Source: Desulfovibrio inopinatus DSM 10711
GTDB taxonomy: Bacteria; Desulfobacterota; Desulfovibrionia; Desulfovibrionales; Desulfovibrionaceae
Length of the DNA stretch: 32,000 nucleotides
Direction: 5' to 3'
Assembly (NCBI RefSeq): GCF_000429305.1
Contig: NZ_AUBP01000029.1
Coordinates: 1-32,000, forward strand
A program made the translations under genes and the position numbers. Numbering within the stretch: position 1 is the first letter of the stretch; each line of letters opens with the position of its first letter. Below, one piece after another: positions 8,655 to 17,840 of the stretch. The notes under the pieces were generated by a model. The model made no database searches. It was not told where the DNA came from and saw only the letters and a program-made list of their open reading frames with translations.

Positions 8655-10295
8655 TTATCCAGAGAGTCCCCCTCTATATTCTTGCTTGGTCAAAAGCTCT
8701 CCCGGTTTCTTTTCACGCAATTTTGCGCGGGCTTGTTCAAAAGCTGGATCATGCCAGAAATGAAGGCACCCATTGCACCCGCACCCACAACAGCCATCAC
8801 GGCCAAGCGCGGGGCCTTTCCCCTTGGAGACAGGAGGCGCCTCTTTTTGCGTTCGTTTGTAATGGGTAAGCCTTTTTTGATACGCGGCTTCGGGCGCTTG
8901 CCCCATTTCTACCGCTTGGGCGGTGAGGTCCATTTTTAGTCGTTGTTGCTCTTGATCCGAGAGCATGCGGCGTTTCCGCACGATGGTATAGGGCGGGAAA
9001 TCTTTGGCTAATCGCGCAGGATCCTCCTCATGCAGCCACGCAAAAGGTATTTTCAAAAGGGGTTTTTCCCCCGCGTGAATAGCATCTTCATAAGTTTTGT
9101 CGTTGCGAACATCTTCAAACTGATAAATGCGCAGCCGCATTGGCGTGCGCACACTAGGCGCGATAAACTCCAGAACATCACCCGAGAGAATGCGATTTTT
9201 CACATCCAAATAAAAGGCATCATCCGTAACCTCGGTAATCAAACCGGCGAATTCATACGCAGCAAGCGTGTTCGTTCCTTCATAATCGTGCGCATGATGG
9301 GTCAAACGCCCTTCATGAAACGCGTGCGTATACCCCCGGACTGGGATAGTGCGCAATTCTTGCATATAGGGATCGGGGGACCAATGATCGGGATCTTTAT
9401 AAAATGCATCAATCGCCTGACGATAGGCTCGCGTTGTCACGGCCACGTAATAGGCGCTGCGGTTCCGTCCTTCGATCTTCAAAGAATCGATCTTGTTTTG
9501 TAAAATGGCCTCCAAATGCGGCATCAAACACAAATCTTTGCTATTGAGGATGTAGGCCCCTTTTTCATCCTCTTCAATCGGAAAAAATTCGCCAGGCCGT
9601 TCTTTTTCTTCCAAGAAAAATCGAAAAAGGTCCTTATTCTCATCCGTCAAGGTCAGTTCTTCCAGGGTGCCATCCGGTAACGCCACGTGCATTTTATATT
9701 GCCACCGACAGGAATTCGTACAATTCCCTTGGTTCGCGCCACGCTGCGCCAAAAAATTGGATAGAAGGCAACGTCCAGAATAGGTCATACACATCGCGCC
9801 ATGGATAAAAACTTCAAGCTTCACATCGGGGCAACGCGTTCTGATTTCGGTAAGTTCATGAAAAGAAACCTCGCGAGCCAGAACGACGAGATCCGCCCCC
9901 ATCTTTTTCCAGAAATCTACCGACAGATAGGAACAAACATTCGCCTGCGTTGATATATGGATTTCCAGATCGGGGGCATTTTCTTTAACAAACTGAAACA
10001 CACCCGGGTCCGCAATGATCACACCATCAGGCCGAACCTTCCGGATCGTTTCAATAAAAAGCGGCAGCTTTTCAATATCGCGATTATGCGAAAAAAGATT
10101 CAGCGTTAAATACGCTTTTTTCCCATGTGCATGAACAAGGCGCACGCCTTCAATCACCTGCTCTAACGAGAATTGCGAGCGTGTGCGCAAAGACATATCC
10201 GGCGTGCCCATATAAATGGCATCTGCGCCATAAAGAAGGGCAACCTTCAATTTTTCTAAAGACCCCGCAGGGACAAGAAGCTCACTTCGATGCAT
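8655..10295 (-). CDS. Peptidase U32 family protein (collagenase-like / tRNA-modification related)
   Basis: 546 aa; 'ELLVPAGSLEKLKVALLYGADAIYMG', 'NIEKLPLFIETIRKVRPDGVIIADPGVFQ...ISTQANVCSYLSVDFWKKMGADLVVLARE', 'EVFIHGAMCMTYSGRCLLSNFLAQRGANQGNCTNSCRW'. Confidence 0.93.
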   Translation of the reverse strand: MHRSELLVPAGSLEKLKVALLYGADAIYMGTPDMSLRTRSQFSLEQVIEGVRLVHAHGKKAYLTLNLFSHNRDIEKLPLFIETIRKVRPDGVIIADPGVFQFVKENAPDLEIHISTQANVCSYLSVDFWKKMGADLVVLAREVSFHELTEIRTRCPDVKLEVFIHGAMCMTYSGRCLLSNFLAQRGANQGNCTNSCRWQYKMHVALPDGTLEELTLTDENKDLFRFFLEEKERPGEFFPIEEDEKGAYILNSKDLCLMPHLEAILQNKIDSLKIEGRNRSAYYVAVTTRAYRQAIDAFYKDPDHWSPDPYMQELRTIPVRGYTHAFHEGRLTHHAHDYEGTNTLAAYEFAGLITEVTDDAFYLDVKNRILSGDVLEFIAPSVRTPMRLRIYQFEDVRNDKTYEDAIHAGEKPLLKIPFAWLHEEDPARLAKDFPPYTIVRKRRMLSDQEQQRLKMDLTAQAVEMGQAPEAAYQKRLTHYKRTQKEAPPVSKGKGPALGRDGCCGCGCNGCLHFWHDPAFEQARAKLREKKPGELLTKQEYRGGLSG

Positions 10296-11325
10296 GCTTT
10301 TCTTCCAATGCTTTCGTTCTATTCGTTTTAGAACACGTTTTTCATGTAAGGGCGTTCACCAGATGGGGTTCCCGCCTTCGCGGCGGATGACGATTTGCAA
10401 CAGAACATGATCGAGTGCAGCCATCGACCGAGAGATAAAATTTACACTAACACGATATTCGAGATGCATTTCACCTGACAAACACTTCTACACCCTGGCC
10501 TAACATACCAAGATATAACATGATAAAATATAAAAAGTGTAAAGATTACATAAGGACCATTACGCGGCAGGAACATTATACAAGAAATAGCGCGGACTTT
10601 CCCATAGGCTGGGCCTATTGATCGAAACAAACGGCTTTTCGTGCAACATGTAATACGATTAAAGCAGAAAGTGTTATTTGTTCAGACTGATCTCTAAACC
10701 GCTTTCATGATGATTAAGACAACAGGTTGCTACACCCGGCAAAGGATCAGCCCGAACGTCCACACGATACGTCAAGCCGGAAATACTGACAACGCGAAAA
10801 AACGTCTTCTAGCAATCCCCTTCCTTCTGTCTCGATGTTAACCCCATAATTCTCTGACATTGGCTCATTTATTTAATCTTAATCATAATGTAACTTCCAC
10901 TAAAATCATTTGGAGACCATGGACCGACAAAATCTGGTGGAATCTTCTGGTTCAAATTAGGCCAGCTCTCTTTCCACCATATTTCTAACGTCCTAGAGAA
11001 ATAGTGGATTTAATCACTCTCCATAGAAAAATGCTTCTAGGAACGTTCTTTTGTCCAAGCATGAATGTTTTATCGTATTATGATCTTTTAAATAGCTGCA
11101 TAAATGTTTCAGTAGCCCTCAACTGTCGCCGTATTTTTTTGGGTAAAAAATCTGCATACGTTACCGTCCACCATGTGACGTGTTCATAATCATTAAATGT
11201 AAGTAATTTCGTTAATATAATAATATACGTGCATCAAACATAAATCTTAACCGCAAAATATACATGATTTATATCTATAAATGAGATGTCATGAATTGTC
11301 CTTGCAAAGTACAAAAGAGATAGAT

Positions 11326-11958
11326 ATGTCAGCAGAAGAATTTCAGCCTGAAGAAGTAAAAGAAGTATGGAAACATACTTGGCAAAAACTCCATCGACGT
11401 AATATTGCCTATACTCGATGTGTACACAATGCCCTGCTACCTCCTTTTTCTGATGGATTCATCAAATTTCTTTATAGTGTTCCGCTATCGATTTTTGTAA
11501 CCGTCTTTCATTTCTTCACCCCACAATCAACAATGACTTGGGGGGTGTTGTTCACGTTATGTGCAGTTTTTGCAGTCCCTCTTCTTGTTCTTCAAACGAA
11601 ACGTTCTTGTCCGGCAGATTGGGTTTTTTCAGGCGTTAATTGTTATTTCGTCATCGTCGCGTTTGTTTTCTGGTTGGGCCCATATTGGCTCAATCATTTC
11701 TTTGAGCAGACTCAGGTAACTGGAATGTTGTGTGTCATATTTATTGCTTCTGTCTTTGCAACAGCACAATATAGTATCAAGGGCTGGTTCATGACGTATT
11801 CGCAGTCAATACCGATTTCCAGAATAATACTTCTTCCTGCTGTCTGCCTAGTCTCCATTTCATTGAGCACATTGCCGTTTAAACAGAGAATCATAACGGA
11901 ATTTATTCCATTTACATTGCTATTCTGGGCTGATTGGCGTAGTCGAACTTCGATATAA
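11326..11958 (+). CDS. Predicted multi-pass inner-membrane protein of unknown function
   Basis: 210 aa from the internal ATG at 11326 (MSAEEFQPEEVKEVWKHTW...). Several hydrophobic segments; 30 bp upstream of the pagL-like gene. Confidence 0.6.
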   Translation: MSAEEFQPEEVKEVWKHTWQKLHRRNIAYTRCVHNALLPPFSDGFIKFLYSVPLSIFVTVFHFFTPQSTMTWGVLFTLCAVFAVPLLVLQTKRSCPADWVFSGVNCYFVIVAFVFWLGPYWLNHFFEQTQVTGMLCVIFIASVFATAQYSIKGWFMTYSQSIPISRIILLPAVCLVSISLSTLPFKQRIITEFIPFTLLFWADWRSRTSI

Positions 11959-11988
11959 ACGAAACGCAAAGATGGGAAGCGAATATCT

Positions 11989-12621
11989 ATGGTTCGGAAC
12001 CGAAAGCTTGGTTTGAGTTCTCTCAAAATAGTTTTGTTTTTAATGTGGCTGCTCTGGAGCGGTGTGGCTGTTGCCGGTCAAGAAGCAGAACAACAACAGT
12101 CGAAAGCAACGGATAATACCCAGTTCGCTTCACAAACCGAAGAACACGTCCCCAACCGATACGGCATGGCGCTGAGCTACGGTTCGGCTTTCAATTCTTC
12201 AGAACCATTGTATTTCGGAATGGGAACTGTATTCGCGACGTTCGATTATGAAAACATCTGGCATCATCCGGCACCCGATGGATTGCGCTTTAAAGTAGAA
12301 GCGAGCGCGGGCGGTGCAGACAAGGGCTTTCTCGCTTCCTTGTCCATGTTTGCTCAATATTTCCCCCCGTTTTTTCAATCAGATTCGGTCATGCCCTATG
12401 CTGAATTGGGTATTGGTGGCATTTACACCGATTTTCAACTGCACAACCAAGGCCTCAAAGTAAACTTTTGTCCCCAAGTGAGCATTGGGTCAGACTTTGA
12501 AACACAATCGGGACATCGATTTTTTGGAGCCATACGATTGCAACACATTTCTAATGCCAATCTTCACCCGCAGAACCGAGGCATTAATTCGACCGTTTTT
12601 CTTATAGGGATGTATTTTTAA
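11989..12621 (+). CDS. pagL: PagL-like lipid A 3-O-deacylase / acyloxyacyl hydrolase (outer-membrane beta-barrel)
   Basis: Signal peptide (MWLLWSGVAVAG) and C-terminal motif 'FFGAIRLQHISNANLHPQNRGINSTVFLIGMYF', with the His-Ser-Asn catalytic arrangement and terminal aromatic of PagL-family barrels. Confidence 0.8.
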   Translation: MVRNRKLGLSSLKIVLFLMWLLWSGVAVAGQEAEQQQSKATDNTQFASQTEEHVPNRYGMALSYGSAFNSSEPLYFGMGTVFATFDYENIWHHPAPDGLRFKVEASAGGADKGFLASLSMFAQYFPPFFQSDSVMPYAELGIGGIYTDFQLHNQGLKVNFCPQVSIGSDFETQSGHRFFGAIRLQHISNANLHPQNRGINSTVFLIGMYF

Positions 12622-13786
12622 GAACTTCCCCGGTTGCTTTTTCCCAATTACAGATTTTTCCCATGCCATTGATCGGCAATGTGCGTCCACTTGCAATATA
12701 TCGTGGCATTTGCTCCGGCTTGAGAATTTTTGCCAAGTCCTGTCGCAAGCGGTTGGTATCGGTTGGACTGAGACTGCTCCCATGAGCTGGGACAACAAAC
12801 GCTTTGAGGCGCTCGGAGCCGGAACTGTCGAGACGGACAGTACACAGTTTTACGAGTGGATGCTCAGCAATGATGCTCGCAATGTGCTCCGGATAGACGT
12901 TGATACCAGCGACTTGAACAGCTTTGTCTTTTCGTCCTAAAGGCAAAAAGCGACGAGAATCTTTCCACTGCACGTCATCAGGGAAAGGAAGTCGCTGTAT
13001 ACCTTGACCGGGTACATTACGAATGAGTCCAAATACATTTTCAGGATCACGTTGCCAATGGGGCATAAGATCAAATGGCTCATCGGGATGTGATCGCATT
13101 CCTAAAGCGCCGGTCTCAGATGAACCGAAGACTTCTCTCATGTGATGGAGCCCTGCGGCCTCAAGATCATAAATAACGTCTGCGGGACAGGGGCCGGTCG
13201 ACGTTATCCCCGTCACAGAGTCAGGAAAGCGGCGGCCAATACGCGCCACAGCCTTCCAAAATAAGGGAAAACCAACAACAACATCTCCTGGCCGTAATAT
13301 CTCAAAAAAATCGGTTGTAGGCACAGGAGCAAGGCATCGCGTTCCAATAGCGAGTTCTTGAGGGAGGACGAGTGCAAACATGAATCCGTAAAGATGGTAG
13401 CGTGGAACAACGGCCACGACGTTTTTGACGCCGGGGAACAACGGAATAAGCTGACGGACTTCCTGCGAAATCGCCTGTAAAGAATGATCAACCGCGACAG
13501 GTGTTCCCGTACTGCCCGATGTCACAAAACGAATGCCTACCGGATGAGCGGACAACGCCTGAACGATACATTCCGCCATCGCGTCGACTCCACCACATCG
13601 ATGCAGCTCTGCTTGCGCTTCGGTATTGAGCCGAAAAAAAGTTGCCATATCGTCAAGCAAGAGTCGCCATACGTTCATGCTCGGTTCTATTGAGGAAGCA
13701 TTCTCATCAAGACTGTACTTTATTCGAATGGTGTCCTCTATGAGAGCAATGACATGTTTTTTTTCAAATCGAAACGCGCCTGTCAT
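12602..13786 (-). CDS. AMP-dependent acyl/aryl-CoA (or ACP) ligase, ApeH-like
   Basis: 394 aa; phosphate-binding motif 'IRFVTSGSTGTPVAV', 'REVFGSSETGALGMR', 'GRKDKAVQVAGINVYPEHI', 'LPINGMGKICNW'. Confidence 0.85.
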   Translation of the reverse strand: MTGAFRFEKKHVIALIEDTIRIKYSLDENASSIEPSMNVWRLLLDDMATFFRLNTEAQAELHRCGGVDAMAECIVQALSAHPVGIRFVTSGSTGTPVAVDHSLQAISQEVRQLIPLFPGVKNVVAVVPRYHLYGFMFALVLPQELAIGTRCLAPVPTTDFFEILRPGDVVVGFPLFWKAVARIGRRFPDSVTGITSTGPCPADVIYDLEAAGLHHMREVFGSSETGALGMRSHPDEPFDLMPHWQRDPENVFGLIRNVPGQGIQRLPFPDDVQWKDSRRFLPLGRKDKAVQVAGINVYPEHIASIIAEHPLVKLCTVRLDSSGSERLKAFVVPAHGSSLSPTDTNRLRQDLAKILKPEQMPRYIASGRTLPINGMGKICNWEKATGEVLKNTSL

Positions 13787-14733
13787 ATTGATTTTCTTAC
13801 GGATTGAGGCAAGGAGCGAGCTCGCCAGCAGCCGTACCCGCCAAGCTGGTCTTCACACACGAAACGAGTTTGCCGCATATTGCCATCGATGTTGGGAACG
13901 GACTGTCCTTGGAGTGCCAGCGCAACAAGAATGAGATCGAAACCGACGGCTGTTGGTGACGTGCCGAGGCAAAAGCCGTTCGATTCTGTTGCTTGAGCTG
14001 AAAAAAAGATTGTATTGACGTCGTCGTCACATGTCGGAGAAGCTCCATTGCCGCAATCGATTTGGTCAATCAGGCAATATCCGGGGACGTTGCCTTCAGG
14101 AACCAGACAGAAAAACGATGCCGTATCGGCAAGCGGACCGCGAAAACGTTGTATAGCTGGAGCCGCGTTTTGTTCCTGTTCAAAACGATCAGCGATAACC
14201 GATAACAGTGGCGCGTACTCATCGACGGCTCCGAGAAGAACTCGATCAACGAGTCCGGACGCCAACCAATCATGGGCCACGAGGAGACCAGCAGCCATAG
14301 ATGTCTCAAATTGACAAAGCGTAATGCATGGCCCGTCGAGGTTACATTGTCTGGCCAGACCTGCGGCCGGCATGTTGTGAACCGATTGGGAAAACGCCAA
14401 TGGGGAAGCAAGGTCGGGGCCATACTCAATCATCGAATCCATCATGGCGAATGTGGCATGGAGTGGGCCGTATCCTGTTGTCATGACAAGTCCAGTTCTC
14501 GCGGAAACGTCTTCACCTGCATCTCGTATTGCTTGTTGAGCAGCCCACAAAGCAAGCTGTGAGAAATGATCCATACGCCGTAGATCGCGAGGCGATGCAA
14601 TCGTCGTTAAAATCGAGGTGTCCGCGACAGCAGGTTCTTGGATCGGGGTATCCGCTCCAGCAGCTTGGCACAAAGAAGCTGAATCTGTACCAAACCACCC
14701 CATAACGCCAAGACCGGTAATAACCATATTCAT
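13783..14733 (-). CDS. Ketosynthase-like protein without catalytic residues (chain-length-factor type, ApeC-like)
   Basis: 316 aa from MNMVITGLGVMG. Ungapped alignment to the adjacent KS over GPC...DE (both 31 residues apart) places Glu143 where the KS has its catalytic Cys. Both active-site His motifs are absent. Confidence 0.83.
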   Translation of the reverse strand: MNMVITGLGVMGWFGTDSASLCQAAGADTPIQEPAVADTSILTTIASPRDLRRMDHFSQLALWAAQQAIRDAGEDVSARTGLVMTTGYGPLHATFAMMDSMIEYGPDLASPLAFSQSVHNMPAAGLARQCNLDGPCITLCQFETSMAAGLLVAHDWLASGLVDRVLLGAVDEYAPLLSVIADRFEQEQNAAPAIQRFRGPLADTASFFCLVPEGNVPGYCLIDQIDCGNGASPTCDDDVNTIFFSAQATESNGFCLGTSPTAVGFDLILVALALQGQSVPNIDGNMRQTRFVCEDQLGGYGCWRARSLPQSVRKSI

Positions 14734-15935
14734 ATTCCATCTCCCAAAGACAGAAACAGGACGGAATTGACACCTCCAAAAGCAAGCGATGTGGATATAG
14801 CCCAATTTCCGGTAATGGATGTCGTGTGCGTCACGGGATGGACTGGTAATGCGGGATCGGGTGTTGAGCACCGCGTGTTTCCGGGAAGAGCGCCCTGCTC
14901 CAAACTGACAACAGTGAAAATCGCTTCTATGGCACCGGCGGCTCCAAGTGTGTGTCCAGTATAGCCTTTGGTGGCACAAAGAGGAACGTCAGGACACAGA
15001 TTTCCATAGACACACGATTCGACGGCGTCATTATCTTTGGTCCCTGTCCCATGCGTATTGATAAATGCGGCACTGGTCACTTTGAGATCGGCCGCGTCTG
15101 CCGCCTGTGTGAGAGCGGCAGCCAGCCCCCTCCCTTCGGGGTGGGGCTTTGTCGGATGATATGCATCGCCGGCCGTGGCATATGCCTGTACCATCGCCCG
15201 AGCCTGTGCGCCTCGCATTGCTGCGTGCTGTTCAGATTCGAGAACAACCATACCAGCCCCTTCTCCGAGATTGAGCCCCTGTCGGTCTGCATCAAACGGT
15301 TTTACAGGGTTCTCATCCACAATGAGCAACCGGCCAAAGCCGGTCATGGTGAATTCGGAGAGTTCGTCGGTCCCTCCGGCAAGAACCACATCACACAATC
15401 CTTGACGAATCCATGCAGCCCCCAAACCAATGGCATCGGTGCCAGAGGCACACGCGTTGACAACAGTCTGGCAAGGACCGTGCACATCAAAATGTCGCGC
15501 GAGCCATAACGCGGGATTGACGGCAAGCCAGCGCTGAACAGCAAACAGTTCGGGATCGCGCCCGGCGCGTTGATTTCGATAAAACGACATGAGATTAACG
15601 CTCGCTCCAACCGATGTCCCGATACTGACTCCAATACGTCGACCTGCAAGTTCCTCTGGATGAAAGCCGGCATTTGTCAGGGCTTCCCAAGCTGAGTGCT
15701 TTGCGAAAAGCGTTGAGAGTGAGCTGTACCGCATGTCGGAATCGGTCACGAATGAAGCGCGAACGGATTCGGGAACGGCAAATACCGGGCTTGGCCGAGT
15801 GGGACCGCCGGGAACGGACAGACTGTGTGGAAGATTTGGCTCACCAAAAAGCTTTTTCACGCATGCGTTAAGATCAAATCCTTGAGCGCATAGACACCCC
15901 ATGCCCGTTATGACAGGAATGGGCTGTGGACTCAT
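14730..15935 (-). CDS. Beta-ketoacyl-ACP synthase (FabF type), likely partner of the CLF-like protein
   Basis: 401 aa; 'GPCQTVVNACASGTDAIG', 'INTHGTGTKDND', 'TKGYTGHTLGAAGAIEAI'. Confidence 0.93.
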   Translation of the reverse strand: MSPQPIPVITGMGCLCAQGFDLNACVKKLFGEPNLPHSLSVPGGPTRPSPVFAVPESVRASFVTDSDMRYSSLSTLFAKHSAWEALTNAGFHPEELAGRRIGVSIGTSVGASVNLMSFYRNQRAGRDPELFAVQRWLAVNPALWLARHFDVHGPCQTVVNACASGTDAIGLGAAWIRQGLCDVVLAGGTDELSEFTMTGFGRLLIVDENPVKPFDADRQGLNLGEGAGMVVLESEQHAAMRGAQARAMVQAYATAGDAYHPTKPHPEGRGLAAALTQAADAADLKVTSAAFINTHGTGTKDNDAVESCVYGNLCPDVPLCATKGYTGHTLGAAGAIEAIFTVVSLEQGALPGNTRCSTPDPALPVHPVTHTTSITGNWAISTSLAFGGVNSVLFLSLGDGI

Positions 15936-16183
15936 GACGTGCGTTCCTCGATAAAACGAGCGAGGGCCGAAATCGATGCGAACGCTTCTTTTCCCTCTTC
16001 CATATTCTTGATTTCACAGTGGAATTCTCGCTGCACCAATACAACGACCTCAACGGCATCTAAAGAATCCAATCCAAGGCCTTCGCCAAAAAGCGGGCTG
16101 TCGTCATCAATGTCAGCAACCGAAACTCCAGTGAGATGGAGTCCGGAAATAAGCATTTCTTTAAGCCGTGTCTTTATGTCCAT
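15932..16183 (-). CDS. Acyl carrier protein
   Basis: 83 aa MDIKTRLKEMLIS...; phosphopantetheine site 'EGLGLDSLDAVEVVV'. ATGA overlap with the downstream KS gene. Confidence 0.9.
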   Translation of the reverse strand: MDIKTRLKEMLISGLHLTGVSVADIDDDSPLFGEGLGLDSLDAVEVVVLVQREFHCEIKNMEEGKEAFASISALARFIEERTS

Positions 16184-17840
16184 CGCGTTTCTCATCATTC
16201 GACCAGATGTCGACAAAATTAAAGTATTGAAAAGGATTGGCCGTCGCATACACCTCAATGCATGAAGCGAACCGTTGCACATACGGCACATAGGGTGCTG
16301 CTTCTCGGCCAAGACCGGATGGGACTTCGATGATATCGCCAATCCACAGTCGCGAGGCTTCAGGACCGGTGCGTGCCGAAAACAAAACAATCACAGGAGC
16401 GTTCATCGCCGAAGCCAAGGAAAATGCACTATAAGGATACTGAACAGGCTCTCCGAACAAATCGACTGACACGACGTTGCGCTCATTGCCGAGAACACGG
16501 TCTGCCGTCATGGCAACAATGGCACCGTGACGAAGCTCTTCCATGATTTCAAACACTCCACCCAGAGTCCCCAGAGGATCGATGAAACGAAAAGGAGCTT
16601 TCTTCCCTGTATGTTCGAAATACTGTCGATCCACGTCCCCAGCATCACGATGAAGCAAAATAGCCGTGCGCGTATTCATGAGCTCGAACCCGGACATCGC
16701 CGTCTGCCAGCAACCGACATGGGCCGTAAGAACAAGGAGCCCCCGCCCACGAGCCAAAAGAGTACGCATGGTTGATTCAACGTTGTCATCAAGCTCAACG
16801 TGATGGCGCCCTTGTATTCCCATGGCAGCCCGATCCACGAGGATCTTTCCGAACTCGAAATGGAGTCGAAAAGCGTAGACAAAAAGTGCTATACGGGAAT
16901 GATTGGAAAAACGCCGTACAAGATAGGCCTTTGATCGAGCGCGAATTGATGGCCAGAGCGTGTAGTACGCAGTGATGACAGCCAAAACGACATAAGTTGG
17001 TCGAACACCAAAAAGACGGATAACCGCATAGAAAAAAAGATGTTGCAGTCGCGATCCCAGACTCTTGCTTGACCAACGAGAAGGACGACGCGTGGTGGGC
17101 GTAACCTTTTCTTGCCTCCTCCTCAAAAGACCAGGAAGCCGGAGGATAGCCCAGACCGTTAATCGGGTATTGAGCCAAGAGATTCGGGCATTATCCCAGA
17201 AGGCTTTAAAATGGGATATGCGTTGGTCCGGTTCAGGGTAAAAGACCGGGATGTCGATTTCTTCAATATGAAACCCTGCCCAAGTGGCTTTGACCAAAAT
17301 TTCGATTTCAAAAGAATAACGATTCTCCGTGCTTTGTATCTTCTCGAATACGGTAAGGGGATATGCGCGAAATCCGCTTTGCATATCCGAAATCGTATGC
17401 AAAGTCTGAATGCGGTACCAAAGATTGGAAAACCAACGACCGAATCGAGAGGAACCAGGAATGTTCTTGGCGTTAAAATTTCTGCTCCCGACAATGATAC
17501 TCTCCGGATGTTGCTCCATGGCGGAGATGAAACGAGGGATATCCTCGGGGAAATGCTGACCATCGGCATCTATTGTCAGGATATGCGTCATCCCTCGCTG
17601 TCGTGCTCTTTTGGCAGCCGTTTTCATCGCGGCCCCTTTTCCTTGATTGACCGGATGGCGAATAACATCGATTGTATCGCTCAAATCATTGGCAGACACG
17701 GGAATATCGCTGCCGTCGTCCACAACGAGCACATGTGGGTGTTGGGCTTTGATGCGTCTGACCACGTCGGGAAGTGTCCCGGTGTGGTTATATGTCGGAA
17801 CGACGACAAGGAGCGTATTCAAGGAGAATGGCTCAGTCAT
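16161..17840 (-). CDS. Fused family-2 glycosyltransferase and LpxL/HtrB-type lysophospholipid acyltransferase
   Basis: N-terminal GT2: 'LLVVVPTYNHTGTLPDVV...VLVVDDGSD...GKGAAMKTAAKRA...ILTIDADGQHFPEDI'. C-terminal: 'GRGLLVLTAHVGCWQTAM', 'FIDPLGTLGGVFEIMEELRHGAIVAMTADR'. Confidence 0.9.
   Translation of the reverse strand: MTEPFSLNTLLVVVPTYNHTGTLPDVVRRIKAQHPHVLVVDDGSDIPVSANDLSDTIDVIRHPVNQGKGAAMKTAAKRARQRGMTHILTIDADGQHFPEDIPRFISAMEQHPESIIVGSRNFNAKNIPGSSRFGRWFSNLWYRIQTLHTISDMQSGFRAYPLTVFEKIQSTENRYSFEIEILVKATWAGFHIEEIDIPVFYPEPDQRISHFKAFWDNARISWLNTRLTVWAILRLPGLLRRRQEKVTPTTRRPSRWSSKSLGSRLQHLFFYAVIRLFGVRPTYVVLAVITAYYTLWPSIRARSKAYLVRRFSNHSRIALFVYAFRLHFEFGKILVDRAAMGIQGRHHVELDDNVESTMRTLLARGRGLLVLTAHVGCWQTAMSGFELMNTRTAILLHRDAGDVDRQYFEHTGKKAPFRFIDPLGTLGGVFEIMEELRHGAIVAMTADRVLGNERNVVSVDLFGEPVQYPYSAFSLASAMNAPVIVLFSARTGPEASRLWIGDIIEVPSGLGREAAPYVPYVQRFASCIEVYATANPFQYFNFVDIWSNDEKRDGHKDTA

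Noticed and set aside
13797-15673. Many open shadow ORFs on the + strand opposite the KS/CLF genes (e.g. 14015-14314, 15175-15405, and minus-strand alternative frames)
   Set aside because: They lie opposite or out of frame within strongly supported KS/ACP genes and have low-complexity Ser/Arg-rich translations typical of antisense frames.
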